From IMG/VR virus record IMGVR_UViG_3300049859_000130, positions 1-33,506 of that record: a stretch of DNA of 33,506 nucleotides; one strand, given 5' to 3'. Position numbers and translations under genes: made by a program. Source of the stretch: a virus (taxonomy: Duplodnaviria > Caudoviricetes). The notes beneath the pieces were generated by a model. It had not been told where the DNA came from and did not search any database. It saw nothing but the letters and a program-made list of their open reading frames with translations. This document shows, piece after piece, positions 17,197 through 26,132 of this stretch (position 1 is the first letter of the stretch; each line of letters starts with the position of its first letter).

Positions 17197-17223
17197 CCTT
17201 TTTATTGTTTTGCTGTATAAATA
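17193..17223 (+). promoter_or_regulatory. Composite sigma70 / late promoter of the tmRNA gene
   Basis: TTGACC (17193-17198), 17 bp spacer, TATAAA. The -10 extends to an exact TATAAATA (17216-17223). Confidence 0.8.
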
Positions 17224-17227
17224 CCTT

Positions 17228-17530
17228 ACCACTGTAAAAACTGCGTAAGCAGAAAGAGACACTGCGGCGGCGGACAAGACGGGAGTTCGATTCTCCCCAT
17301 CTCCACCAAAAGTAGTTCAATGGGGATGACCTGGGATCGATTGACGAACAAAGTGGCTGTGGACAGTGCGAGAGTCGACCGACGTAATCGGCGAAAAACG
17401 TAAACGCAAACGATATGGCGTATGATGTTGAGGCACTCTACGGAGTTGCTGCTTAACGGCAGGTCACTCAACCGAGGTTTGAAGAGCCTTGTAACCAAAG
17501 TCGACGGAAAGGGCGCTTCGGCGCCCTTTC
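17228..17530 (+). ncRNA. ssrA: Circularly permuted (two-piece) tmRNA
   Basis: The T-arm GGGAG-TTCGATT-CTCCC and acceptor 3' strand CATCTCC-A-CCA (17281-17308) come before the acceptor 5' strand GGGGATG (17322-17328). G3:U wobble and discriminator A present. Tag ORF 17406-17456 encodes ANDMAYDVEALYGVAA*. Outer ends are approximate. Confidence 0.92.
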
Positions 17531-17535
17531 TTTTT
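17507..17535. terminator. Intrinsic terminator, probably bidirectional
   Basis: GAAAGGGCGC-TTCG-GCGCCCTTTC followed by TTTTT, between convergent genes. Confidence 0.9.
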
Positions 17536-18106
17536 ATTTACGGTCGGGAAAATACTTGGTTTTGAATTGAGGATAGGACAGCTTATCGAGATCTGCTGTC
17601 AGTTGTTTCTTGATCTCTGGATGTTGTGTAGTAAGTTGTTTCAGGTCGGCGAATGTGTATGCAGCAACACTTTTGAACTCATCACCCATGGCTTCACGAG
17701 CGGTTGCGGAGTTGATGTCGCCTGTGATTTTCCACTTCCTGACTCGCTCAGGGTCAAGAGCCTTTGCACGTTGAAACACCGCTGTAGGAAAGTTTGTTGG
17801 TCCCGTAATCGACTGACCGTCGCCTGCTCTTGCATCGTTGCGTGCCATGAAGGCAGTCAGTTCATCGTCAAACACATCAAGGAGTTTGAAGCGAAGACCC
17901 TCAATGTCATCACCAGCGGCCATCATCATGCGAACGTCTCCACGATCTGGCTCATTGCTACGTTCTGCCCCAGCTAAAAACGCTTTACGAACATCACGTC
18001 CGATGGTATAGCCGTAGTAAACCTTGTCGGTTTTAGGACTGGTAACTTGAAAGACAACGTACTCATTTGTTGTCTCGGTCAACCGTTTGAGATCTGCAAG
18101 TTTCAT
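17534..18106 (-). CDS. GIY-YIG-like domain protein with MKLADL leader
   Basis: YVVFQVTSPKTDKVYYGYT resembles the GIY-X10-11-YIG hairpin; GGAGG RBS; GTAAATA upstream. Confidence 0.65.
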   Translation of the reverse strand: MKLADLKRLTETTNEYVVFQVTSPKTDKVYYGYTIGRDVRKAFLAGAERSNEPDRGDVRMMMAAGDDIEGLRFKLLDVFDDELTAFMARNDARAGDGQSITGPTNFPTAVFQRAKALDPERVRKWKITGDINSATAREAMGDEFKSVAAYTFADLKQLTTQHPEIKKQLTADLDKLSYPQFKTKYFPDRK

Positions 18107-18124
18107 GGTTTTTCCTCCAAGCCT

Positions 18125-18131
18125 TATTTAC
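18125..18131 (-). promoter_or_regulatory. Late-promoter-like motif
   Basis: GTAAATA on the minus strand, 18 nt upstream of ATG 18106. Confidence 0.5.
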
Positions 18132-18226
18132 ACAGCACTCACTGTACTCGGTTTTCTTACGAACGTCTACTTCTTTTTCCCCTTATTTTTCACGCGGATA
18201 AATTCCGTTCCCGACAGCACGCCACA

Positions 18227-18233
18227 ATAAATA
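18227..18233 (+). promoter_or_regulatory. Late-promoter-like motif for clpP
   Basis: ATAAATA 23 nt upstream of ATG 18257. Confidence 0.55.
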
Positions 18234-18256
18234 CACTCACACCAACAGGAGAGCGT

Positions 18257-18922
18257 ATGAACTTTACTTACACGTACAGACCAGGCCGTAATGGTGAAGA
18301 CGAAGATGAGAAGCAACTGATTCCTCCTCATCTGAAAAAGAAACCGTTTCAACAATACGAACAACAGTTCACCGCTCAACACGTTCACTTTTATCTCAGC
18401 GAAGAGATTGCGGAGCCTGATGCATACGCCGACATGATTCACCGTATCAACGTCGCTTCACCAGCAGACGTAATTTTTATCCACCTCAACACTCCTGGCG
18501 GTAATCTCGCAACAGGGATTCAAATTATTAACGCAATGCAAAATTCTCAAGCGAAGGTTGTCACTGTTCTCGAAAGCATGGCATATTCACTTGGCACTTT
18601 GATCTTCCTTGCTGGTGATGAAATGGTTGTCAATGATCACTGCATGATGATGTTCCACAACTTCAAAGGTGGTATCCTTGGCAAAGGACAGGAACTGGTT
18701 GCACAGTTGGAAGCAACTGTGAAGTGGTTCGCTGCCTTGTCAAGAAAAATCTACGTACCGTTTTTGACAGAGGATGAATTCGATCGTATCATCCGTGGTG
18801 AAGACTTGTGGATGCAATCGCCTGAGATCCGTAAACGTCTTGATCGTATGATCAAAGCGTTGGAAACAGACAAGGGTAAAGGCATCAAACAATCCCACAA
18901 ACGGAAGACTTTGTCCCCATAA
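18257..18922 (+). CDS. clpP: ClpP-like serine protease
   Basis: IHLNTPGG; catalytic triad candidates AYSLG (Ser), MMFHN (His), GEDLW (Asp). ATG 18257 follows AGGAG. Confidence 0.88.
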   Translation: MNFTYTYRPGRNGEDEDEKQLIPPHLKKKPFQQYEQQFTAQHVHFYLSEEIAEPDAYADMIHRINVASPADVIFIHLNTPGGNLATGIQIINAMQNSQAKVVTVLESMAYSLGTLIFLAGDEMVVNDHCMMMFHNFKGGILGKGQELVAQLEATVKWFAALSRKIYVPFLTEDEFDRIIRGEDLWMQSPEIRKRLDRMIKALETDKGKGIKQSHKRKTLSP

Positions 18923-18924
18923 AG

Positions 18925-18953
18925 TTGACCTTCCCGGTGCATTGTAGTATGCT
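18925..18953 (+). promoter_or_regulatory. Sigma70-like promoter for primase
   Basis: TTGACC (18925-18930), 17 bp spacer, TATGCT (18948-18953). Confidence 0.7.
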
Positions 18954-18977
18954 GTAGGAGAAACTTCTTACAGCCCT

Positions 18978-20054
18978 ATGGATCACATCACACTTGAACA
19001 AGTAGTTCGTCAACATATTCAACTGCCACCAAGACCAAACGGTCAAGGGTGGTATGCTGTATTGTGTAGAGTGTGTAACGATCACGGACGCAAAGGTAAA
19101 CGAGCTGGCTTCCGCTTTGACGGTGGCACAGTTGGCTACAACTGTTTCAACTGTGGACACACAGCACTGTTCGATCCAACATCCGGACATCAAACTCTCT
19201 CACGAGACATGACCATCGCACTCGAGGCGTTTGGTCTCAAGAAAGAAGACTGGCAACCAGCAGTCTTTGCAGCAGCTAAATCAGAATTTGGTTTTGCGGT
19301 TGGCTCACCAAAGATCAATCGTCAAAACTATGAACCTGCAATCATTGAATTGCCTCCCTACATCACACCTCTTGTTGAAAACGGTGACGAGTTTGACCAG
19401 TACGCAATTGAGTATCTACGTGACGAACGTGGAATTGATTGGAAGCTACATCCGTTCTATATTGGACGACAAGCGTCCCATCCCAGTTCCAAACGTTGGT
19501 ACGGTCGATTGGTCATTCCAATGTACAAGGATGGCAAATTGGTCTTCTTTCAGGGGCGGGATCTCACGGGGATTCGCCAGAAAAAGTACCTAAGTCCCGA
19601 GGTTTCCAGGGAAAATGTACTATATGGGTACGAGCGGATTCTTGCGGAGACTGACGAACCACTATATATTGTCGAAGGTTGGTTCGACGCTTGGCACCTA
19701 GAAGGCGTGGCAGTTCTCGGTAACAAAATGACTCCCCACCAGATTTACTGGCTCAACCAGAGCCGTCGACCAAAAGTTGTAATTCCAGATCGTTATGGTG
19801 ATGGATACCTACTTGCAGAACAAGCTCTTGAGCTTGGTTGGTCTGTGAGTACGCCTGACATTGGAGATTGTAAGGATCCCAATGAGGCAATTATGAAGTA
19901 CGGTAAGATGTACACACTTATGACGATTCGAACACACACGTACGAGTCGTTTGAAGCTGCGTTGCGGATCAAGTTCTATTGTGAAAAGAAGAACAAAAAT
20001 GACTCACGAAGAAGCGCGCGTGTTCGTAAAGGATCATCTAAGGAACCGAGGTGA
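18978..20054 (+). CDS. DNA primase (T4 gp61/DnaG-like)
   Basis: Zn finger CRVC...YNCFNCG, YLRDERGI, RLVIPM...FFQGR, KKYL, TOPRIM VEGWFDA...PDRYGDG, KDPNE. Confidence 0.9.
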   Translation: MDHITLEQVVRQHIQLPPRPNGQGWYAVLCRVCNDHGRKGKRAGFRFDGGTVGYNCFNCGHTALFDPTSGHQTLSRDMTIALEAFGLKKEDWQPAVFAAAKSEFGFAVGSPKINRQNYEPAIIELPPYITPLVENGDEFDQYAIEYLRDERGIDWKLHPFYIGRQASHPSSKRWYGRLVIPMYKDGKLVFFQGRDLTGIRQKKYLSPEVSRENVLYGYERILAETDEPLYIVEGWFDAWHLEGVAVLGNKMTPHQIYWLNQSRRPKVVIPDRYGDGYLLAEQALELGWSVSTPDIGDCKDPNEAIMKYGKMYTLMTIRTHTYESFEAALRIKFYCEKKNKNDSRRSARVRKGSSKEPR

Positions 20055-20421
20055 GAAACCTATCAAGCCTACTGAGTCCCTTGTTCGGTATTGGTGGGGA
20101 GTGTTGAACGCTGCCGTTTTTTATGGTAGACTGCACAAACCAGTCAAAGTTCAGATAAAGGGTATACGTGATAGTTTTGCATGGGCAGAAACAAACACGA
20201 AGAACAAGGGACGTGTTAACATTCGCATTCAACGTTCGTTCCCTTCACGGTTGTTGTTCTTGACAATCTTGCTTCACGAAATGGTTCATGCATGGGAACA
20301 TCAACATCACACAGTGATGGGACACGCAAAGCGATTCTTTGCGTGGAAAAACAGAATCAAATGGACAGTTGGATTGGAGCTAAAAGAATCACATAACGAA
20401 GATGATTACCGATACGAATAA
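19999..20421 (+). CDS. SprT-like zinc metallopeptidase
   Basis: LN..VFYGRL..P, ILLHEMVHAWE, GH.KRF. Confidence 0.8.
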   Translation: MTHEEARVFVKDHLRNRGEKPIKPTESLVRYWWGVLNAAVFYGRLHKPVKVQIKGIRDSFAWAETNTKNKGRVNIRIQRSFPSRLLFLTILLHEMVHAWEHQHHTVMGHAKRFFAWKNRIKWTVGLELKESHNEDDYRYE

Positions 20422-20671
20422 TCCTATAGCAACAGAGACCGAAATACGTTCAGATCAGTGGCCGACTATGTCGACGTCACAGCTGTATCGTCAACAGGAG
20501 CTTGTTCTCGACAAGATCACAAAGCTCCAATCAATCTCTCCGTATGGCGTTGCTCCAACGCCAGGTGTACACGCTCTCCATGCTGCTCTTCAACAAGCTC
20601 TGAGAGATGTAACTGCTCTTATTGATACGAAAAACCTTCAAAGGACAAAGAGGACCAAAGATGGCCAATAA
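20402..20671 (+). CDS. Hypothetical protein
   Basis: 89-aa helical ORF overlapping both neighbours. Confidence 0.6.
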   Translation: MITDTNNPIATETEIRSDQWPTMSTSQLYRQQELVLDKITKLQSISPYGVAPTPGVHALHAALQQALRDVTALIDTKNLQRTKRTKDGQ

Positions 20672-22550
20672 GCAATACACAGGTAAAGACATCAAGGCAC
20701 TTTCTGATCGTGAACACGTTCGTTTGCGAACGCAAGTGTATCTTGGTAACACGCACCCAGCCGAATATCTGATCCCCGACTTGTCGAGTAACAAGTTTAA
20801 GATCAAGGAGGTTGAGTTTATTCCTGCCGTGTACAAGGCAGTTGGTGAAATCATTGACAACTCTCTTGACGAGTTTGCACAAATCAAATCGAAGATCAAG
20901 CTGTTGAAGATCGACGCCGATCCAAAAGCTGGTCAGTACACAGTTGCGGACAACGGTCGTGGTGTCCCCATCGACAAACATTCAACTGGTAAGCCAACAC
21001 CAGAAGTTGTCTTTGGACAGCTTCGTTCAGGTCGTAACTTTGACGACAAAGTCGTTGGTGTGATTGGTCAAAACGGCGTTGGTGCAGCATGTACAAACTA
21101 TTGCTCAACAGATTTCGACGTCACGATATATCGTGAGGGCAAGAAGTACCACCAAAAATTCGTTGATGGTGCTCTCAAAGCATCCAATCCAAAGATTAGT
21201 TCTGTTGCAGGACAGAAGACGGGTACGGAAGTCACGTTCCAGCTGGATCCAGCTGTGTTCAAAGACATAGCTCTGCCAGAAGAGCTGATGCGCAACCGTG
21301 CCATTGAAATTGCAATGACAAATCCTGACATCACTGTTGAGTACAACGGTGAGCGGTTCCGCTTCAAGAAAGGGATCGAAGAGGTTGTTGAGAACATCTC
21401 TGCCAAAGGTTCATATCACGTTTTCACAATCAACGAAGATCATATTCAAGGTGAATTCTACGTTGTGTTTGGTGTGCGTGACAGCATTGACGAGTTGATG
21501 TTCACTTGGGTGAACAGCTCGTTCTTGTTCGACGGTGGCAAGTGCAATACACAGTTCTTCAATGCGTTCTTCGACTCGACTATCGAACAGCTCCAAAAAG
21601 AAGCAAAGAAGCAAAAGAGTGAAGTGACACGCAACGACGTTCGCCAAGACCTGTTGGTGTTGGCAAACGTTCGTTTGAAGAACCCTGAGTACGATTCACA
21701 GGCAAAAACACGCTTGACAGGTCCAGATCTCCGTAAAGAGATCAGTGGCATGGTTCAAGACCAGTGGAAAGCGTTTGCCAAGAAGAACACTGAATGGCTT
21801 GACGCCGTCCTGCAACGTGCAACGGAACGTCACCACCTTCAAGAGAACAAGAAGGCGATCGAGGAACACCAAAAGGGTCTTCGTAAGCGTGTGTCTGGAC
21901 TGCTTGATGCAACAAGTCGTGTTCGTTCCGATTGTCAGATTCTGATTACGGAAGGTACGTCGGCAAAGAGCCAGATCAGTGAAGCTCGAGAACCAGAAAC
22001 AACCGCTGCCTACGAACTTGGTGGTAAGATCAACAACGTGTATGGCAATACACCTGCACAAGTCTTGAAGATGGACAAGGTGACAAACCTTCTATCCGCC
22101 ATCGGTCTTACACCAGGCAAGAAGGCAACTCGAAGTGCGTTGAACTATGGACGCATCGTGATTGCTACCGACGCTGACTATGACGGCGATGACATCTTCA
22201 CTCTGTTGGTCAATCTGTTCTTTCAGTTCTGGCCAGAACTGTTCGACAAAAGCTACGAACCGATTCTCTATCGACTTGTTGCTCCCAACATTTGTTTGGT
22301 CAAGGGTAAACAACGTCTCCACTTCTCTCGTCGTTCCGATTATGAGAAAGTCAAAGATAAGTACAAAGGCTATGAAGTTCGCTACTACAAGGGACTTGGC
22401 TCGATGGTGCCTGCTGATTGGGAGATGGTGTTGTCTGGAAAGACTGACACAATGATCCCGATTGTTGACGATGGACAAATTGCACCAACGCTCAAACTGT
22501 TGTTCGGTGAAGACGCTGACGCTCGCAAAGAGTGGCTCACTACCGTATAA
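20661..22550 (+). CDS. Type IIA topoisomerase ATPase+TOPRIM subunit (T4 gp39+gp60 / GyrB / ParE-like)
   Basis: EIIDNSLDE, DNGRGVP, SGRNF, GQNGVG, YDSQAKTRL, ITEGTSA, ATDADYDG, RYYKGLGS. Confidence 0.95.
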   Translation: MANKQYTGKDIKALSDREHVRLRTQVYLGNTHPAEYLIPDLSSNKFKIKEVEFIPAVYKAVGEIIDNSLDEFAQIKSKIKLLKIDADPKAGQYTVADNGRGVPIDKHSTGKPTPEVVFGQLRSGRNFDDKVVGVIGQNGVGAACTNYCSTDFDVTIYREGKKYHQKFVDGALKASNPKISSVAGQKTGTEVTFQLDPAVFKDIALPEELMRNRAIEIAMTNPDITVEYNGERFRFKKGIEEVVENISAKGSYHVFTINEDHIQGEFYVVFGVRDSIDELMFTWVNSSFLFDGGKCNTQFFNAFFDSTIEQLQKEAKKQKSEVTRNDVRQDLLVLANVRLKNPEYDSQAKTRLTGPDLRKEISGMVQDQWKAFAKKNTEWLDAVLQRATERHHLQENKKAIEEHQKGLRKRVSGLLDATSRVRSDCQILITEGTSAKSQISEAREPETTAAYELGGKINNVYGNTPAQVLKMDKVTNLLSAIGLTPGKKATRSALNYGRIVIATDADYDGDDIFTLLVNLFFQFWPELFDKSYEPILYRLVAPNICLVKGKQRLHFSRRSDYEKVKDKYKGYEVRYYKGLGSMVPADWEMVLSGKTDTMIPIVDDGQIAPTLKLLFGEDADARKEWLTTV

Positions 22551-22558
22551 CTCCACTG

Positions 22559-22587
22559 TTGACCCTATGCAGGATTGCCTGTATAAT
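22559..22587 (+). promoter_or_regulatory. Sigma70-like promoter
   Basis: TTGACC (22559-22564), 17 bp spacer, TATAAT (22582-22587). Confidence 0.85.
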
Positions 22588-22616
22588 GTCCCGATTGATA
22601 TGGGAAATTTAACACT

Positions 22617-23342
22617 ATGAAGTACACAAACGAAACACTACGAGATCTGTACCTAAAAGATCTCAACATGCCTGATACGTTCCACGGCCGCACTACTCCA
22701 AAGGTGCGGGAGATCTATCATTGGAAACAGATCAAGACGTTCCTTGCGGAAGGTGAGACGCCTCGTGTCGTCGGCCTCGATCCGTTTGGTGCTACAAACA
22801 TTCATGTTTGGAGCGATATCCACTTCGGACACGGAAACATCATCAAGTACTGCAACCGTCCTTTTCCGGACCGTCGCTTGATGGACCAGTGTCTGATGGG
22901 CAATTACCAGAACGTCGTCAAACACGATGACATCGTGATTTGGGGTGGGGACATCGGCTTTATGAAAGAGCATGACATCAACCACATCCTCAACCAACTA
23001 CCTGGCTACAAGATCCAAATTGTTGGCAATCACGACATCCACCGTGATGGTCGTGTATACGAATTGGCCTTTAATGAACGCCATCTGTGCTTTGTTCTTA
23101 ACGTCGAAGACGTTGATTTCGAGTATCAATTGCTGTTCACTCATTATCCGCTTGACCCAACCAACGTTCCTGATGGATGCTATAACGTACATGGACATAT
23201 TCACAACCATCTTGTCCCTGGAAACAAGCACATCAATATGTGCGTTGAGCACACAGGATATCGGCCGATGAACATCAAAGAAGTCCTTAAGCGAACGCAC
23301 AAGCAAGAAGCACTTCGCTTGGGCATTCCTTACATGGTATAA
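22617..23342 (+). CDS. Calcineurin-like metallophosphoesterase
   Basis: SDIHFGH, GGDI, VGNHD, THYP, HGHIH. Confidence 0.9.
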   Translation: MKYTNETLRDLYLKDLNMPDTFHGRTTPKVREIYHWKQIKTFLAEGETPRVVGLDPFGATNIHVWSDIHFGHGNIIKYCNRPFPDRRLMDQCLMGNYQNVVKHDDIVIWGGDIGFMKEHDINHILNQLPGYKIQIVGNHDIHRDGRVYELAFNERHLCFVLNVEDVDFEYQLLFTHYPLDPTNVPDGCYNVHGHIHNHLVPGNKHINMCVEHTGYRPMNIKEVLKRTHKQEALRLGIPYMV

Positions 23343-24701
23343 ATGATGACAGCGAAAGCAAAACCACAATCTTCAAGCTACATCAACGAACAGCGACGCA
23401 ACTACTCGCTGTATATTCTGGAGATGCGTGCCATCCCAGCTGTGACTGACGGTCTCAAAGCCGCTGGTCGTAGAGCGTTGTGGACAGGACGTGATGGTAA
23501 GAAGCACAAAACAGCCACACTGGCTGGTGCCACAATGCCTATCCATCCTCACGATAGTCCTGAGGGTGCAATCAACACACTTGCTGGTCCGTACATGAAC
23601 AACCTTCCGTTGTTCCATGGTGATGGAGCATTTGGAACGTTGCTTGAACCAAAGGCGTTTGGTGCTGCTCGTTATACGAGCGTCACAGTATCCAAGTTCT
23701 CCAAGGATGTTGTGTTCAAGGACGTCGAAGTGATCCCAATGCGTGAGAACTATGACGGCTCACTTGAGGAGCCTGTTCACTTTCTTCCGCTCGTTCCGCT
23801 TGTTCTGCTCAACCCATCAGAAGGTATTGTTGTGGGATTCAAGACGGACATCCTGCCTCGTTCCCTTGAGGATATCATTGTTGCTCAGATTGCACATTTG
23901 ACAGGATCGAAGAAGGTTCCTGATCCCACACCGAAGTTTCTCCCTCTCAAGAACGCTGCGTATAAGCGTGAAGAAGGCGATCGGAGCATCTTCTACTACT
24001 TCAAAGGCGACTACGAAGAGATTGATGGTGTGACAATTCGTGTCACACAACTTCCCTACGCCATGCTTCATGGCACATTCGTCAATAATCTCGACAACCT
24101 GATTGAGAAAGGTGTCGTGATCGACTACACTGACCGTTCGAAGAACAAAATCGACATCATTGTCAAGTTCAAAAAGGGCAACCTTCGTGGATACGACAAG
24201 GATGAAGTGTTGAAGACGCTTGGCCTCATCGTCCGCTATGGTGAAATTCTCAACGTTCTTGACTTCGACGGTAAGCGAATCTGGAGCCCATCTCCATCCG
24301 AACTGATCACCCAGTTCACCGACTGGCGACTTGGCTGGTATGTCAAACGCTATGAACGTCTACGCGATCTGTTGCAGATTGACTTGCAACGCTATTATGA
24401 CATTCGTGCTGCTATCAAGCACAAAGTTGGTGCTGTGGCACTAAAGACCGCATCACGTTCCGAACTGAAAGAGCTGCTAAAAGACTTGAAGATTGTCAAC
24501 CTCGACTACATTGCTGATCTACCCGTGTATCGCTTCACGGAGGAGGAAAGAGTCAAAAACGAGGAGCGAATCACCGAGGGTGAAAAACAACTGAAGGAAT
24601 ATCAAAAGTTGTTGTCAAATGAAGGTGAAAGACGTAAAGTCTACATATCCGAACTAAAAGAAATCCTCACCAACTACACCAAGGGTCATTACAATGAGTG
24701 A
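23343..24701 (+). CDS. Type IIA topoisomerase breakage-reunion subunit (T4 gp52 / GyrA / ParC-like)
   Basis: RAIP...DGLK...RR, HPH, G.FG, AARYT with the catalytic Tyr, EP..FLPLVPLVLLN..EGI.VGF.T. No C-terminal pinwheel domain. Confidence 0.95.
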   Translation: MMTAKAKPQSSSYINEQRRNYSLYILEMRAIPAVTDGLKAAGRRALWTGRDGKKHKTATLAGATMPIHPHDSPEGAINTLAGPYMNNLPLFHGDGAFGTLLEPKAFGAARYTSVTVSKFSKDVVFKDVEVIPMRENYDGSLEEPVHFLPLVPLVLLNPSEGIVVGFKTDILPRSLEDIIVAQIAHLTGSKKVPDPTPKFLPLKNAAYKREEGDRSIFYYFKGDYEEIDGVTIRVTQLPYAMLHGTFVNNLDNLIEKGVVIDYTDRSKNKIDIIVKFKKGNLRGYDKDEVLKTLGLIVRYGEILNVLDFDGKRIWSPSPSELITQFTDWRLGWYVKRYERLRDLLQIDLQRYYDIRAAIKHKVGAVALKTASRSELKELLKDLKIVNLDYIADLPVYRFTEEERVKNEERITEGEKQLKEYQKLLSNEGERRKVYISELKEILTNYTKGHYNE

Positions 24702-25719
24702 TAAGAGCGAACTGCGTGAGATCGAAGAATTGGCAACCCTGATTTCAAAATCTGAATCACGCCGTGGGCGTGAATCGCGCACAACTCGAGCTCGCCGTAA
24801 TCCTCGTGCGGAGGCAAGTGAGCAAGACGACAGCGGCATCAAAGACGGTCGCATGTGGGCTGTCTATGGTGGGCGCAACTATAGTGCTTGCGAGAAGGCT
24901 GTCGAACAACTACCACCTGGTCAATACACCGTTGACGTCAACGACAACATCGGTATCTTTTTCCGCAAAGAAGACATCAACCTTGACGAACTGATGATCC
25001 TGCCTGACTCTCGATCCGCAGAAGTGATCTCAGAGATTGAGAAATTTTGGACTCTTGAAACAAAGTTTCGTGAGTTTGGCTATCTGTGGAAGCGTGGTGT
25101 GATGCTGTGGGGTCCTCCTGGTAGCGGTAAGACATCAACACTCCAAATCATTTCGAAGAACATTGTTGACAAAGGTGGTGTTTCCGTTTACGTTACAAAT
25201 CCTGACCTTGCTGCTCGAGCTCTCAAATCGTTGAGGCAAGTTGAACCAGCACGTCCCATCGTCATCATGTTGGAAGACATCGACGCAATCATCGACGAGT
25301 ATGGTGAGAGTGAATTGCTCGCTCTCATGGACGGCGAACTTCAAATCGACAACGTTGTCTTCGTTGCCACAACAAACTATCCAGACAGACTCGATCCACG
25401 CTTTGTCAATAGACCAAGCCGCTTTGACATCGTCAAAAAGATCGGTATGCCGTCTGCATCAGCACGGAAAGCCTACCTGCTCGCAAAAAACAAACGTCTT
25501 GCGGGCTGGAGCGATTCTACAGAGATCGCTCGTTGGGTGAAAGACACAAAGGACTTTTCAATTGCCCACATCAAAGAACTGATTATTTCAGTCGAAGTGT
25601 TTGGTCAAGATCTCGCGGCTGCTGCTACACGCCTGCGCAAGATGGCCGAAAAACCCAACCCAAGCAAAAGGGGTGGCACATTTGGGTTCACAACTGACGG
25701 CTTTGACGACGAGACCTAA
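24694..25719 (+). CDS. AAA family ATPase
   Basis: KRGVMLWGPPGSGKT, MLEDID, SRH motif ATTNYPDRLDPRFVNRPSRFD. Confidence 0.92.
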   Translation: MSDKSELREIEELATLISKSESRRGRESRTTRARRNPRAEASEQDDSGIKDGRMWAVYGGRNYSACEKAVEQLPPGQYTVDVNDNIGIFFRKEDINLDELMILPDSRSAEVISEIEKFWTLETKFREFGYLWKRGVMLWGPPGSGKTSTLQIISKNIVDKGGVSVYVTNPDLAARALKSLRQVEPARPIVIMLEDIDAIIDEYGESELLALMDGELQIDNVVFVATTNYPDRLDPRFVNRPSRFDIVKKIGMPSASARKAYLLAKNKRLAGWSDSTEIARWVKDTKDFSIAHIKELIISVEVFGQDLAAAATRLRKMAEKPNPSKRGGTFGFTTDGFDDET

Positions 25720-25726
25720 GCAGTTC

Positions 25727-25733
25727 ATAAATA
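25727..25733 (+). promoter_or_regulatory. Late-promoter-like motif
   Basis: (C)ATAAATA ending 6 nt before ATG 25740. Confidence 0.55.
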
Positions 25734-25739
25734 TCGTCC

Positions 25740-26132
25740 ATGAAGAAACTTTTTGCTATTTCGGTCCTCGCCCTAACCCTGTCAGGTTGTGCGGTTCCGA
25801 AGTTTGACAACATCGAGTACAACCACTTTGTTGAGCTCACAACGTGGACTCAGCGCGCACGCACTTGGTGTGGGGAGCCATTGGCAATGGTAGCAATTAG
25901 TGATGAGCTGGTCCACCGTGCAAGAAACATCGAAATCTATACGTCCTATAGACCAGCTCGTGGTGAGCTCAAAGAGACCGCAACTCTTGTTCGTGCTAAC
26001 CTCGAAGAGCTGCAAAAAGCCTACACATCTAAGAGCGGACAGCCTTCCACAGCCTATTGTTTAGGCAAGCTGACAATCGTTGAAAACAGCTTGAAGCGTG
26101 CCCTGCCTGTCATTGGAGACCTTCAAGAATGA
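25740..26132 (+). CDS. Lipoprotein
   Basis: Signal peptide II MKKLFAISVLALTLSG-C with LSGC lipobox. Confidence 0.8.
   Translation: MKKLFAISVLALTLSGCAVPKFDNIEYNHFVELTTWTQRARTWCGEPLAMVAISDELVHRARNIEIYTSYRPARGELKETATLVRANLEELQKAYTSKSGQPSTAYCLGKLTIVENSLKRALPVIGDLQE

Noticed and set aside
17281-17308. Stand-alone tRNA gene or attP-like tRNA 3' fragment
   Set aside because: There is no upstream acceptor 5' strand or anticodon arm. The matching strand lies downstream and is followed by a tag ORF, which fits a permuted tmRNA.
17093-17498. Minus-strand ORFs 17093-17320 and 17226-17498
   Set aside because: They are antisense shadows of the tmRNA; WRWGESNS and VEMGRIELPS are typical reverse translations of a T-arm.
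18047-18256. Longer upstream starts in the ORF track (18047 clpP; likewise 14737, 6908, 31745, 27151)
   Set aside because: The extensions cross promoters or neighbouring genes. The downstream ATGs have an RBS or tight coupling and match domain boundaries.
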